Of a DNA stretch of 64,000 nt, positions 1 through 13,837 are shown in pieces (the stretch's first letter is position 1; every line of letters starts with the position of its first letter). The stretch comes from Kudoa neothunni (taxonomy: Eukaryota > Animalia > Cnidaria), in assembly GCA_964304625.1 (NCBI GenBank), contig OZ199840.1, positions 9,222,882 to 9,286,881 on the forward strand, in the 5' to 3' direction. Made by a program: the position numbers and the translations under genes. The notes beneath the pieces are model-generated. The model saw only the letters and a list, made by a program, of their open reading frames with translations. It did no database searches and had not been told where the DNA came from.

Positions 1-320
1 ATTTCGTGAATAATTCAACGTTTATTACAGATCATTCTGATATGTTTGTCCAAACATACGATTTATTACGTAAGGGGTTAAACTAAAAAAATTTTCATCG
101 ATTAGTATGTTTAGTTCAACATTTTAAACATCCTGAAAAATGTTTTGCTTGTGCGGTAAATTTTCTCCAAATAAACGCTTAAATACTTTACTCAATAGGA
201 GATTTTAAGGAAAGAATGTGAACTAATGCAGGCAAGTGCATCAACCCGACAAAATTCGGTCAGACATCACTCCAATGAAAACGTTATTCTATGATGTGTG
301 CACTCGTTTACTTTTCATAG

Positions 321-670
321 GTTCAGCCTAATTGTAACACCACATCATTATCCGATTGCTTTGAAGCTAATTTTTGTCATGAATTGATAGGTGATAAAAT
401 ACAATAAATTTCCGTTATAATAATATTCATAAACTTAAATTAAATATTTATTTAATCATTTTTATTAGATTTGCATCCGGAACCGCTTGTGAGGAATCCC
501 TTTTCAGGTAATAATTCAACATTTTAATGAAAATATTTTCTAAATCGTGAATTTTAGGCATATGTCAAGTGGGATTTGAATGCAGACCTAATCGTATCCT
601 TCAATCATATTTGTCAAGAATTCCAGGATTTGGGATAGGTGATTTACTATCTCGACGATCCTGGTCATAA
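321..670 (+). CDS. Possible 3' exons of an unidentified Cys-containing protein (gene starts before or near window start)
   Basis: Three short segments bounded by AG/GT (about 321-410, 469-507, 558-670) can be joined as VQPNCNTTSLSDCFEANFCHELI / DLHPEPLVRNPFS / GICQVGFECRPNRILQSYLSRIPGFGI; no family recognised. Confidence 0.3.
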
Positions 671-836
671 TCACCGAACCACAAATACTAACACTATCTT
701 TAAAGAGAAGAGATAATTTGAGTTTACTTTTTGATTCTTTCATGGATTTTTCGAAATGCGTAATATTTTAATTTCCAATATAGATTTAAATATTTAATTA
801 CTAAAAAATAATTCATGCTTTTTATTTATTCATTAA

Positions 837-1738
837 CCCTCTAAGCCAGCGAAAAATTCCATCCTCGAACGAACGGGCTTGGGGTGAAAAACACCCCAGG
901 ATTTTTTTGATTTAATTTACTCAAAAAATAATTTTGAATTTACTTGAGAATTTTTATTAGATTCTATCGTTAGAATTTGGAGTATACTTACATTTATTAC
1001 AACCTTAATCTGATTCGGAATGGTTCGGCGCAACCATCGTGGATTATTTTTAACGAATGATAATGTCTTTCGTTAAGTAGTGTGAAAAAAGTTATTATCT
1101 GGCTCACCATTAAGGGAGTGGATATCATCAAAAAATTCACTGAGAATTCTCATCTTAATTCACCCACAAGAATGGTCCAACTAATGCTAGCTCCTTGCTC
1201 AAAAACCCCATTTTACTACATAATCCAAGTTGACGCTTAATTAAAATAAAATCTCCGAGGAAGTATTCTTCAACGTTAAAACTCAAAATTAAACTTGTTA
1301 GTTATTAAAACCTGATATATGTGACAAAATCGATGTTTCTCCGTCCATCTGATGGGGGAATCTCATTATTATACCAACGGAAACTTTCGGGTGATAGACG
1401 AAGAATGCCGCATCGGATTAGGTGAGATATTAATTGCAGATTTTCTGAGAAATTAGACGATGAAATTTTACAGGAGTTTCTCAATTAATTATTTATAATT
1501 TATCAAGTTAATATAAGCAAAAAAACCTGGGGGTTATTTTTCACCCCAAGCCCGTTAAAGGATTGAATTTTTTGGGCATAATCTGAACTTATATTTTGCC
1601 AAAGTTTTTGATACATAATACGTTTAATAAATATAGGAGAACAGCATAAATATCAATTTTCTTTGAGAAGGTTGTACAAATTTATTCCCGCATTAAACGT
1701 GGTTTGGAAGTGTAATACACCTCAAATCCGTTAGAGGG
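837..1738. mobile_element. Non-autonomous piggyBac derivative (MITE, family A)
   Basis: TTAA(833-836)+CCCTCTAA left end and TTAGAGGG right end; sub-terminal inverted repeat AACGGGCTTGGGGTGAAAAACACCCCAGG (872-900) vs CCTGGGGGTTATTTTTCACCCCAAGCCCGTT (1526-1556); related to ends of the 59.9-62.1 kb element. Confidence 0.85.
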
Positions 1739-3079
1739 TAAAAAAACTAAATGACAATGACTGTGATTCAAAGCTTGGAAAATCAAGTCTGTTTTAAAAC
1801 AAAAATAATAAATTGATATCTTTTGGTATTAATCATCATATAATTCAATTATGTTGATAATTTTTTGGGGAAATCTTTTTAGATTGCCATAAAATCAATG
1901 ATATATCTGTGAAGAATCTCAAATTATTATAAATGGCGTTTTGATGTTTGCGTCTAAAATTTTTGATTGTAGCCTTATTTTGTTAGAATAGTAATTTGTT
2001 TGGACAAAAAATTTAGGTAGGGGACACTTTCTTGAACTAATTTTTATTCTTCTTATTCTATTTGATATTTACAACTATCGTCGTAATTATTTAACTATTG
2101 TTCAATATTTTCTGAAACATTTTAATCAAATATAACATTTTTCTATAGGGAGATATTCATATTACTCAAATGAGTGTGTAATACGCCTCCCGTGATGATT
2201 TCCCTGGCCAACAAGTAACAATATCAAGTTTCCTCTAGAATTCATCTATTTTTTGATAATTTTATTCTTTAAATAAAAAATGTTTTAAACCGTTCTAATC
2301 GTGTGGATATTTATAATTTTATTAAATGTACACATCGAATAAATCTTATTGATGAAATTGTGTACTACGAGCTATCTACCATAATTATTGAATAAATACA
2401 ACTTTATCGAACAACAACAACAAACATTTTGTTTAGAAATTACAGCATTATCTATCATTTTAAAAAAATATTATTTCTGTTATTTTTCGAAATAAAAAAA
2501 ATTTAATAAAATCGGTTTTTATTTATAAAAATATTAATCACATGTTGAATTACTTATTTTATGATTTTTAAGTTTTGTTTTTACCGCAAAGATAAATTCT
2601 TTGCGGTTTAATAACAAATATTTGTTTAACAACCGGTTTAGAACTTGATATAATTTTAATTTATTTTATATTTGTGAAAATCGCCAAATAATTATCACAG
2701 TCAATAAATAGGCTATCTATTAGATAATATTTCTGCGATGTCCTATCATCATAGTTCAATATTAATTATATTTTGTTTTTTATTATTGATTGGATTACGG
2801 AATTATCAATTGATATTATCTATTTTCTTTTTTCTATGATATAAACTAAAAATTATAATTAATTTAATAAAAATTATTTGTTTGATTAACTGAAAAAGTA
2901 TTTCTTTAAAAAATTTATGACGATTTACAGTTTTCTTATCACATGTATTTTTCATTAAATAGTAGTGCATTTGAATTCATTTAGATATTTTCTTGGAAAA
3001 ATATTCGTTTTACAAATCGCTGAAAAGTTTAAAACATGAACAGGTTGAAGTATAATTTTAATAAATAATAAATTGTAAT

Positions 3080-3908
3080 AGTTCTACATTGATGAAACTG
3101 CTCGAGTCCAAATAGTGGACAGCCTATGTAAGATTCAAGAGATTTATGGCTATAGTCATCCTAAATTAGTACACTTTATTTATGAAATTAATTATTCATA
3201 CAAATATAGACAGAAATAACTGCGTCCTCAATAATAGACTTAAGGAAATTTGTAAACAAATTTCAGGACCCAAATAAAATATGTACTGTTTTTGCCGAAT
3301 GTGAAGGGGTCTTAAGTATATCTGAAAAAGAGTTCAGCTACACCTAATAATTATTATGTAATGACATTAGTAATAAAAATGCTTCGGCCTGAATCATGCA
3401 TGCCTTGCCTGGTAATCTGTAATAACATTTAATTTATGTTATTTTCACTAGCAAGTTTTTTACTTATTGTGTATGGACAACCATTCAAGAATAACAGAAA
3501 TATATTCTCAAATAAATACAACGTCAGAAATTTTCAAAGAATTGAGAGACGGAGTATTAAAAAAATATTTCCTGACTCATATAATGAATCTTATTTTTAA
3601 GGAGAAGAATAGAAAAACATGCATAATCGTGTCAATGGTTAAGTGCATAAAAGATGCTTTTTGTCCACGACACCTTAAAACAGGTCTTATTTCAGATATT
3701 ATACATTACTTCTAAATTAACAGTGAAAATATAACTTAATATTTATAGTTTATCTTATTTTATAATAATAAAAAGTATTTATATTTTAGATGGCCATTCA
3801 TACTTCGATCCTAATAAAAATAATATTTCATTGGATGCTAGAAGAATCATCCATGCAATTCCTTACCGGAATATCAAAAAAATTATAGTAAAGATGGAAT
3901 CGCCATAA
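3080..3908 (+). CDS. Possible multi-exon gene of unknown function
   Basis: GC-richer open segments with AG/GT boundaries, including ORF 3467-3715 and a candidate last exon GHSYFDPNKNNISLDARRIIHAIPYRNIKKIIVKMESP*; no homology recognised. Confidence 0.25.
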
Positions 3909-4193
3909 AATAATAATCTTTTAATATTTCACATTTTTCGTTATCGCGTAAGGTTGTATAAATTTGGTTATTATTTTTTTAAACGTCAGAAAATTACCAT
4001 GATTACGCCACCGCATAAATTTTGTCCCAATAAAATAAACAGAATATTGAAAAAATCTTATTCATATTCTTATTCCTATAGACAATTAACCTGACTATTT
4101 ACTATACTCTTAAGGTTTTTATACGCGATGTTACCCATTTTAAATGAATCAATGTTTTCTTATCAAATGATTGACAAATTGGAAACATTTCCT

Positions 4194-4238
<45 letters not shown>
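4194..4238. repeat. (ATC)15 microsatellite
   Basis: Direct reading; explains the poly-Ile ORF 4128-4394. Confidence 0.95.
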
Positions 4239-4240
<2 letters not shown>

Positions 4241-6369
4241 GCTAGTATATTACTTTTTTATAGAAAATAAATTTATTTTAAATTTTCAGATCAATATTAA
4301 CTCTATAGGTTTATTATATTGTATCCGTCAAGATCATTTTTTTTGTTTCTTTGTAGTACGTATAAATAATTATTCAAGCTTTATAATTTTTTGAAAGAAC
4401 TTTAATAAATAATATATTAGGGAATCTTATTGTTTTATAAAACATTAGCCTCTCTATCGAGGGTTGGAACAAAACTACTGATTTGTCCATTTTATAGATT
4501 TTGCAGTAAACTTTGGTTTTTGTGTGAAGAAAAATGTTATTATTACTTTCTTTCCAGTTGAAATTTTTAGATTTTTCCTTATGATGAAATTCTAGTTTTA
4601 ATTACCTATCTAAAAAAATTAAATGTACACAATTTAAAATTAAAATCGTTTATATTTTTCCTTCATTTTAAGGAAAATTATTAATTTTTTAACCTAATAA
4701 ACCCTTAATTACTTCGAATCCTTACAGGTTTTTTTGACTTACCTATCAGTTCATACATAAATTAAATAATTTTCTATAAACCTTTACATATTCCCTTAGT
4801 TAAAAAACTTATAACTTGATTCTTCTACTCTCTCAGTTAAGCCGTACAAAATAGGTTATCAAAAAAAGGAGAATATGCGATTCACGCTAATATTTCGACC
4901 TTATTTTATTGGACTAAATTAAAAATCTTACTCTTGAATTCATTATTCCAAATATCCATGAATGAATACACTGTATCGTTCGAATCAACAAAATTTTATA
5001 TAATCTTTTAATTTTCCTTCAAAATAAAGTAGATTAATAAATTCAACGATATAATCAAGAATTCTAATGTCAATAAAACTTGATCAAAAGATATTTTTGC
5101 CCCTAATCTTTCAAAGTATTTATCCACAATAATTATATCTTAATCAGTTTATTATATTTAACTAATATTCTTATCAAAAATTTATCTCAACCCATAAAAT
5201 TAAATTTATAAAATTTTTCATCAGTAATATTATTATTACTACTAATCATTGTTGATTTCACCGAAAAAATATATTCCTTAAAATGTGGTAAAATTATTAA
5301 TACACCTTGAAAATCATGTAATTCAAAGGTTCTTTTTAATTAACAACCTAAAATCTGAGAATAAATATTATTTTCCTGTTCAAATTTTCACCGTTGTTAC
5401 TTCTAACTAAACTATCAAAAGATTTCTAATCAAAACTAAAAAATAATTTAAAAAAAATTTTTATTAGCATTTGTATGGTAGCATAATATGAAAAAATTTT
5501 CGAATGGATTTTGTTTAACTTTTAGAATCTAGAAGAAATTTTTAATTTTATAGTTCTAAATCTAATTGGTACTAGAAAATTTTTAATATATTACCAGAAA
5601 TTAAAAGCATGATTTAATAAAATTATCAGGGGATTTAAAATTTTCTACCGAATATTTATTTAATGAATAATATAATCAAAAATATTATTTGAATTGAATC
5701 ATTTTAACATATGTGCGCGAATTAATAAAAAAAGTCCAACCATTGCTACAATATAAAGTGTTTTACGTGTGTATTGATTTTACTGAAGGTGATGTGGCAC
5801 TTAAGACTTAAGTGAATAGAATTATAAAGATATATCTAACTTTTTTGAAAATTCATATTTTTCGAGCAATGTTAAAAATATCATTATAACCGAAATAAAA
5901 TAGCAAGAATTTTTGTATTTTACCCGAATAATGATTGCAAAAATTAAAATAATCGATATTTTTGTGGAAGATTGGAGCAATCGTATTTCGAATTTAATCC
6001 ATTTATACATACATAAAGAAAAAACAAATTTTGTCACATAGTGTTACCTTCACAACGACAAACTGGTATTGTTGTAAAAATTGAAAAGCTATACATACTA
6101 TTATCACAATTTTAAATTAAAGCTAGGGAATATATTCGCGCATAAAAAGAAATTTTATTTATTCAAATACACATCAATTATTGGAAAAATTAGTTTTATA
6201 AATATGGAGAGAATTTTTACATTGTCAAAAGACACAAATACTTAAAGTAAAACAATTCCATTAACACATTGGTTATATTTTTCGAAAATATGGAAATAAT
6301 TGCTTATAGAAAAATGAGAAAAAAATACCACAATAAATACACAACTACCTTTACAAACTATCGAATATG

Positions 6370-7105
6370 TTAGGAATTCCTATTTTCTTGTTTATTCTTG
6401 AATTTTCGCTTTCGATTTCTTTTGTTTTTATGCGCCTTTTTATTTTTGTTCACATTTTTGTTGGTGTAAGCGTTGATTCTATCAGAACCCCAATCAAATT
6501 GAGAGAATAACAAGATGTGAAACTACCGACTGGCCATTTCACCATCGGAAATGTCTTCATCACATTCATTTTTATTGGAAACAGAAGCAGCTGATTGTTG
6601 GTATCCATAGGAAGCACCTTTATTGTGGTAATCGATGAATTTCTAAAGACCAATGTAAAAGTTAACCTATCTATCAACTTTATTAACCCACCTGAATGTC
6701 AGTATTGTAACCATTGATCGAAAATCTTCCAAAAATATTGGTTTCATCGAAAACCTTAAAATCATCACATACAACTACATTCTCATCTGGTTCTCTACAC
6801 GATATTAAATTATCATCACACACACACACACACAACAAAATGAAATGAAATGAAATGAAATATACGTATATTTTGGTATGGCTACACTAAGATACCAATG
6901 TTCTTCGGTTGGAATGGATTTTAGAAGCCCACCGTGAACAAAGTCATTTGTTTCTTTTTTGTTGTGAAAATGTGGGTTGATTATATTGTGGTCATCCCCA
7001 CGTCGCATAAACTACCACATTCATCAAGTAATGAACCAATGAAGTTATTACCTTCATTTGAAGTAGATTTTTTGACAATGATATCACATTATCATTTTCT
7101 ACCAT
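6370..7105 (-). CDS. MPHOSPH6: M-phase phosphoprotein 6 (exosome cofactor MPP6), 5 exons
   Basis: Spliced translation MVENDNVISLSKNLLQMK|FMRRG...TEEHW...FGRFSINGYNTDIQ|KF...DISDGEMASR|...KRNRKRKFKNKQENRNS* matches MPP6 motifs LSKNLLRMKFM, EEHW, GRMSFRGFN, DVSDEEMA. Confidence 0.85.
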
Positions 7106-7169
7106 ATTTTGCGTCTTTCTAAAAATTACAACCAACCCTGAACAAGAAACTTAGAGGTGTTTGATAAGT

Positions 7170-7181
7170 TGCGCTTGCGCG
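7170..7181. promoter_or_regulatory. NRF1-like motif TGCGCTTGCGCG upstream of MPHOSPH6
   Basis: About 65 nt from the ATG; the same motif class recurs at six other gene starts in the window. Confidence 0.6.
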
Positions 7182-7438
7182 ATAGTACAGATAATTTGTT
7201 AATGTATTGAAGAAAAATTGATGATGTATGCGTAAAATTAATGTTGGATGCCAATCAATGAATTTTATAGAATAAAATATATCTCATTTTAGAAGTAAAT
7301 ATTATCTTATAAAATTTGAATTATTCTATGAAAACTTTTAACTTTTAAGAAAGTCCATTTTCCTAGTGAATATTATTATTTTTTTATTCATTTATAAATA
7401 TTAATAATTTAAAATTTGTGTAGCCTAATATATTTTAC

Positions 7439-7520
7439 CATAAGGGTCATCAAAGTAAGGTCCCTACGGTAAATCCGTCCTTCCGATGCATTCAGTAATC
7501 AGTCCGGCCCACAGTATCCC
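7439..7520 (+). mobile_element. Degenerate hAT MITE terminus
   Basis: CATAAGGGTCATCAAAGTAAGGTCCC...AAATCCGTCC...TCCGGCCCACAG resembles Charlie-type hAT ends (CAGGGGT..CAAAC..GGCCC..AAATCCGGCCC). Confidence 0.4.
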
Positions 7521-8199
7521 CTTAAACTTGGATGCGCTTGTGAACACGTACCCATATCGGTTCGTTTTAAAGCTATGAGTACATTACTTTAATAGTTGAA
7601 TATCGGTTAAGTATCTATATTTAGTTCGTCACGCTGGTTTTATTTAATTTTAATTAAAATTAATATAAAAGAGAAAATCTATGCACTAATATAGCAAGAT
7701 TCTGAAAGTAAGTATACAAATCAATAAAATTCACATTTAAAGATATCCTTGATTTGTATGTTTCTAATACTTCAAAATTTTCAATGATTTATACTAGTTA
7801 GTTAAAATGTAATAGGAGTGATTATTCTGATATTTAATCAGGTTGAGTTAAATTAATGTGTTTGTATAAATTTCAAATGACCAAACTATAATCACCGTTG
7901 TTTAGATGTTTTCTAATATTTTGTACAATAATCTACTTATATCCAAGTGGTTGTTAATGTTTCGAGCAGCATATTGTAATGTATTTTTAATATATTATTT
8001 GTAGTCAAAAATGTCCGGTATTATCTCTATTCTCTATTCTCCAGGAAACAAATGCTTAATATAATACGAAAAAGAAGTTTTTAATTATCTAAATTAATAA
8101 TGAAATATGCGCACTTTTTACACATAGTGCTTTTTCTCCAATGAGTAATGCAGAAAATTTGTTGGTACCATAATCCAAAGTTATACGGAATTTTATCGA

Positions 8200-9058
8200 T
8201 AAAATAAAGAGGAAATGAGGGGAAAAGTTATTCGAATACCAACGAGTGACAACGAAGCGGATTAGTTTTGAATGATGGATGGTTTTGAGGAAGTTGGTTT
8301 TTTCAATGTCTAGAGGATTCCACTTTGAATGGTTGTTGTATTGTTTTCAGCACCTTCATTCTCAGATATTTCATCAGAACTGCATGAAAATTCGAACAAA
8401 TTATCATGTATTTCGCTGTCAGACGATCGTATGTCATCAAAAAACTCACTAGAAGTGCTCATTGTAATTCAACCACCAGAACAACCCAACACATGAAATC
8501 TTCGGATTCAAATAATCTCGTTTGTTCACACACTCCCAAAATTGGCGCATAATTAAAAAAATAAAATTTTGGAGGGAGCATTCATCATCATTACAATTCT
8601 GAAATATAATATTCTGATAATTAATACAACTTGATATATCCTAAAAAATCGATGTTTTTTAATCTGCATGATCGGAAAACGTTAATATTGTAGACACGTA
8701 AATTAACGAGTGATCACCGATCAGCACCGAATTGAAATAAGTAGAATAATAATTGCAGATTTTCTTCGAAATTTGTCGATAGAATTTTCTAAAAATTTAT
8801 AAATCAACTCAAAACTATTTTTTGAGGAAATTTAGTAGAAAAAAAAGATGGGGTGTTTTTCATCCCAAGTCCGTTAAAGGAAGGATTTTTTTTGCGGCAT
8901 GACAAAAACTTTCAATTTATCTAACCATTTGATATGTTGTACGTTTTGTAAATGTGGAATAATAGCGTAAATTTCTAGTTGATATGAGAAAGTGGTAAAA
9001 TGTTATTCCCGGATTAAATGTGGTTTCGAGTGTAATACACTTCAACGCCGTTAGAGAG
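8200..9058 (-). mobile_element. Decayed piggyBac family A copy (5' end plus transposase N-terminus)
   Basis: 8640-9058 is homologous to 1320-1738 and ends CCGTTAGAGAG+TTAA; minus-strand MSTSSEFFDD...QSGIL*TLKKP matches SGILWTLNKP of the transposase at 61.6 kb. Confidence 0.75.
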
Positions 9059-9347
9059 TTAAATTAATAATAATAATAATAATAATAATAATCAATACTC
9101 GTAGATATTATAAAATTTCTATAAAATTTAATAATGAAACATGCAAGAGAAATCATTCGTATACTTCTCATATGTGATAATGAATAGAAATCCATTTTAA
9201 AATAGAATTAAATTTATCAAATTTTTGAAATGTAATGTGTGGACATCACATGGTGTATTTTGCGTATAGATTAACGATTATGAATTAGTAACAAATCGAA
9301 AGGCCTCCCACCCAAACGAGGTTATACGAAAACGTAAATAAAACGTC

Positions 9348-10910
9348 ATGGATCCACCTTCACAGAGTTCTGTGTCGGAAATCGCCAAAAATTTCTACAA
9401 TGAAATTTCAATGCTTTCGTCCAACAGATATCAACGCGGAAAATCTAAAATCATTAATTTGAGATCTTTCAACAACTTTATCAAAGCCATTATTCTGTCA
9501 GATTCCATCAATGAGTTGAAGTAGATTTTGATGTGTTGTGTGTTGTTGGTTCGGCAAGATGTATCTTAGAAATGAATTTGATGAGGTGAGAATTCTTGAT
9601 TTGTGTTGTGGGAAAGGTGGTGATATCAACAAATGGCTTAAGGGTGGCGTAACCAGTGTCATATTCACAGGTTGATGAACATTACTTTATTTCCGGTTGC
9701 CAACTAACATAAAATATATAAGTGGTTAAATTGTTGGTTTTCTTTTCTAGATATAGCCGATAAGGCTGTTATTGAATGTGAACAGCGTTATAGAAACCCG
9801 AATTTTGTATGTCCACCAGCCGAGTTTATAGTAGCAGATTCATCCAAAGTTAGCTTATTGGAATTGTAGTTTTTCAGTTTATAGAAAGTATTTAGTGTGA
9901 CCTGTGGAGTTTGGTTAAGCGTCTACCTCACCGAATTCACTTGACCTCATGCATGTTTGCGTTACATTACAGTTTTGAGTCGATAGAGCGAGCCTATCAA
10001 ATTTTGGAGAATGCTTGTGTGAATTTGATTAAAGGAGGAAAATTTGTTGGCATAATACCTAACGCCTACTCCATATAGTATTGGAATATTTTAATGTATT
10101 ACACTTATACTTTTAAATGAAATTTCTAGCGACACCTTGTTAAATAATAACAATTGCTTTAAAAATTCAATTCTACGACTAAGCACCGATAACCTCAGTA
10201 GAAATTTGTTTGGATCAAAGTACAATTTTGAGCTGAATGAGGTGGTCAGTTGTCCAGAGTTTTTAGTTTACTTCCCACTATTGGAATCGTAATTATTGTA
10301 CCGAATGTGCTGTAATGTCTAATTTTGTGGATTTAGCATATTGGCATCAATGAATATGAAATGCAACTTTAAGATGCCGCTACACGCTTTTCTAAAGACC
10401 CACCTTTCCCGCCAAGGAATGCTCGAAAGGCGAATGTGTCCATTCAAAGTGAACACATTCATATATGTGTTTAATTGATTTATTTCTATTAGATTTTTGA
10501 TAATGTACATATATCAGACTTTGATCATGAATTTGGAGGCTTAGACTATTCTCATGTCGTTGACAATAAGTGTGTAAGATCGAGCGACAAACACTTTGAC
10601 GTTTCGATTAAAACTTTGAGCAAAGAAGAATGGGAAGTTATAAGTACGTGTTGGTTGTTTTGTTTTTGTTAACTTTTAATTATCTCTATGTATTCTGGCC
10701 AATTTGGAAATGGGTTGGTTAATGATTTGTTTTAGGTTTGTATACAATTTTTGAATTTGAAAAGTTAGGTGATGAGCCCAATTGTACATGGAAACCATTG
10801 AGTATCTTATTCGTGGTTGTTCCGATTTAATCTTTTTCTCTATAGTTCCGATAGAAAAAGAACAATCCAACGGCGAGACTAAACATAGTGCTGCTAGTGA
10901 TAACATCTAG
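9348..10910 (+). CDS. RNMT: mRNA cap guanine-N7 methyltransferase, multi-exon
   Basis: Spliced motifs SKIINLRSFNNFIKA, ILDLCCGKGGDINKW, DIADKAVIECEQRY, SCMFALHYSFES, GGKFVGIIPNA, FGSKYNFEL..VVSCPEFLVYFP, TLSKEEWEV..LYTIFEFEK. Confidence 0.93.
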
Positions 10911-12033
10911 AAATGTATTTTAGTGATAAGATTTGTTTGTAGTTGGTTTTCTCGGCATTATTAAAATCAGCTGATTTAAATCAAATGAAAATTACGCAGC
11001 GATAATCCTTTGATGTTTATTTTAATTTTGTGTTATAATATCACACCAGTAAGTAGTTTGAAACAAACCCGCTTTATAATAAAGTCTCGGTGTAGTGAAA
11101 TAAATAGGGTCTTAGTATTCACTACGTTATAATTTGTAAGCTTAACTAACTTATAATAGATAGCTACCTACTATCTACACGCTTGAAAAACAGAGTTGGA
11201 GTTAAAATTTTATAAAAAATTATTATTATTGAAATTTCCAATCTTTCTGTAAATAAATTCATTAAGCAGGCTGATCAAAAACTTTCGTATTAAAGACCAT
11301 TTTAAATTGTAATCTTAAAATGAGCATTGTAATTTAACAGTTTAAAAGTAACCTAACCACCTTTTAAACAAATAATTTATATTCTTTATTGCTGAGTATT
11401 TTTTGTACAAATTTAGACAACCGTAACTATTTAATTTACATTTAAACTTAATTAAGTTAGATTATTTTATTTATTAACGTACAAACTACCAATATTTATT
11501 CATATATATCAATTTAAAATAATATTTAGATTTTCCAAAAAAATATGAAAATAAAAATGTTTATTATTTCTTGTGTTTTTTGAAATATATATATTGTCAT
11601 CTATCATATCCATAGGAAACGCTCAATATACCAAGAAATTATTTTAACCAACTAATAACTACTTATCATTACTATTAAATATGAAATAATTTACCTTTTG
11701 AAATTGAAATACATACACGCATATATTATAGGCATGTAGTTAGAATATAGATTTGATTTTAAGTGAAAATTCAGAATAATCCTGCCAAAAAATATGTAAA
11801 ACTTTAAATTTAGGTTTTTAATCACATTATTAATGTAATATAAAAATGTATTAAAGTAAAACGAAGGTTATAATTTCATATGTCGCCCACTGCGAACACA
11901 GTTAAAGAATAAATAACTAAATAATCGTTCTCAACAGATGCCACGTATGATATTCTTTTTCTTGTATTTTGAGCATGAATATGTCGATTGATTATTGGCA
12001 AATAAATAATATTCGTGCGTCGTCAGTTTTTAT

Positions 12034-12150
12034 TATATTTCACTTGATTATATTTATTTCACTTGATTATATTTATTTCACTTGATTATATTTATTTCAC
12101 TTGATTATATTTATTTCACTTGATTATATTTATTTCACTTGATTATATTT
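12034..12150. repeat. Tandem repeat, 19-bp unit CACTTGATTATATTTATTT, about 6 copies
   Basis: Direct reading. Confidence 0.9.
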
Positions 12151-13052
12151 AAATATAACGGATTGTGAACAAGAGTTGCTTATATTCATTTTACATTTAA
12201 ATTTACCAAGCAAATAGCCTGCCTTCGATATCCTTATGTAGATTAATATCTAAAGCAGTATAGAGTAGAGTTTATTAATTTTGATGACACAGTTTTTATA
12301 TCGCGCATGTATAAGATTCCACGAAACGATTTATTTTGTGTAATAATAAGTAACATTTATCTATATGATTTAATCCACAAAGAGGATTTGTATGCGGGCG
12401 TGTTTATGTGGATCAAAAACGGGAGGTCAAAATTAAAATGAACATCAAAAGATTATCCATCTAATCTCGATTTCATTTGTGGTCTCTTTGACGTGATAGT
12501 AACGTCTTCTCTGTGTAGCGGACTTTCTTATGTGTATACATACTGCTGGTTTCTATTAAACGTTATTCCGTGGTGTACAATCCTACACTATTCTAACAAC
12601 ATAGCTACTAAGTTAATGTATACGTCAGACAGATAAGTTGCGCCATACTTGAATGATTTTAAAATAAACTAACGCATTGCCATGACACATCTCTCTGAGT
12701 TAAGAAATAACGCTTGTATTTAGTCTGGGACAGTTGTGAAATTTAAATGAAATCAGCAGCTGTCAATGTTCCTCTCACTCTATAGTAGAGATCGTAGAGA
12801 TAGTAGAGATAGTTATCGGCTGAAACGGACTCTTTAAAGCTCAAATTTTAATGCGTTTAATTTCTGTGAATGCATTAGTGGATAAAAATCCCAATTCTTT
12901 GTTTAAGTTGAAAATATTAATCTGAGGTGACCGAGTGCGTTACTTGATTTGAGGGTTGGGCTCCTACAGCGAAAGGTTGTCATAGTAACGTAAACAAACA
13001 GCTCGCACAATAAAAGGTCAACAATTCGCCACTATCAAACACGAAGGATTAG

Positions 13053-13837
13053 ATGGAGAGTTTGAGAGGGTCATTGGAAAAATTTCAGTTTGAAATCAAC
13101 ATAACTGAATCCAAAGCTAATTGTTTGAGAAAAAGAATGTTAGAGTTATCGATTGAGATCGACAACATCCAACATAAACTCTCGGAGAGGAAATACACAC
13201 TTGAACGAAACAGTAATAGGCTGGAAAACTTAAACAAACAGGTGACAACTGCGGAACGACGCCGTGAGGATCTGAGTGAACAAAGGATCGCCTATGAGCA
13301 ATGCAATCAAAATCACTCCCAACAACTCACCCGCACAAACGACGCCTACATCAGCTCGTTGAAGAAAAGTCGAGATTTAAATATGACATTGGAACAATAC
13401 AATATGGAGATTATACATCTCAAACGAAACCTACAGCAATTCAAGTGTAGAATTGATGAACTAGAAAACAACATCAGCCACAAATCCAACCAAAAACAAA
13501 TATTCGAACGCAACCTACTATCACTCAAAGAATACATCTATCAAGCTGAATACAGAGATAGTAGAGAATCGTATGAGTTGGATGGATTGAGCCTTAAAGT
13601 GAAACAATTGTCGCAACAACTCGAATTGGTTACCAACAATACTAGAGAAAAACTCTCCAATTGGATCAATCAAAAAAAGAATACGAGCGTATATCGCATC
13701 GAGTTGAAAGTGTATTGCTGGAAATTGAAGAATTTGATAAAAACATTTTTGGTTTTGATTACGAAGATGAGAAAAGCACATCGTCTCTGTCAAATGATCA
13801 ATTGGCTACTTCTGCTGTCTACGAATCCCGCCCTTAA
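13053..13837 (+). CDS. Single-exon tropomyosin-like coiled-coil protein (C-terminus likely in the -1 frame after the A7 run at 13672-13678)
   Basis: About 205 aa of Pro-free heptad sequence; the -1 frame continues KKEYERISHRVESVLLEIEEF..., resembling a tropomyosin C-terminus, and stops at 13837. Confidence 0.6.

Noticed and set aside
594-602. U12-type donor GTATCCTT
   Set aside because: Lies inside a putative exon with no matching U12 branch point; all modelled introns are ordinary GT-AG
4128-4394. ORF with poly-Ile
   Set aside because: Translation of the (ATC)15 microsatellite
9671-9750. C/D snoRNA in an RNMT intron (TGATGA near the 5' end)
   Set aside because: No D box CTGA or terminal stem found
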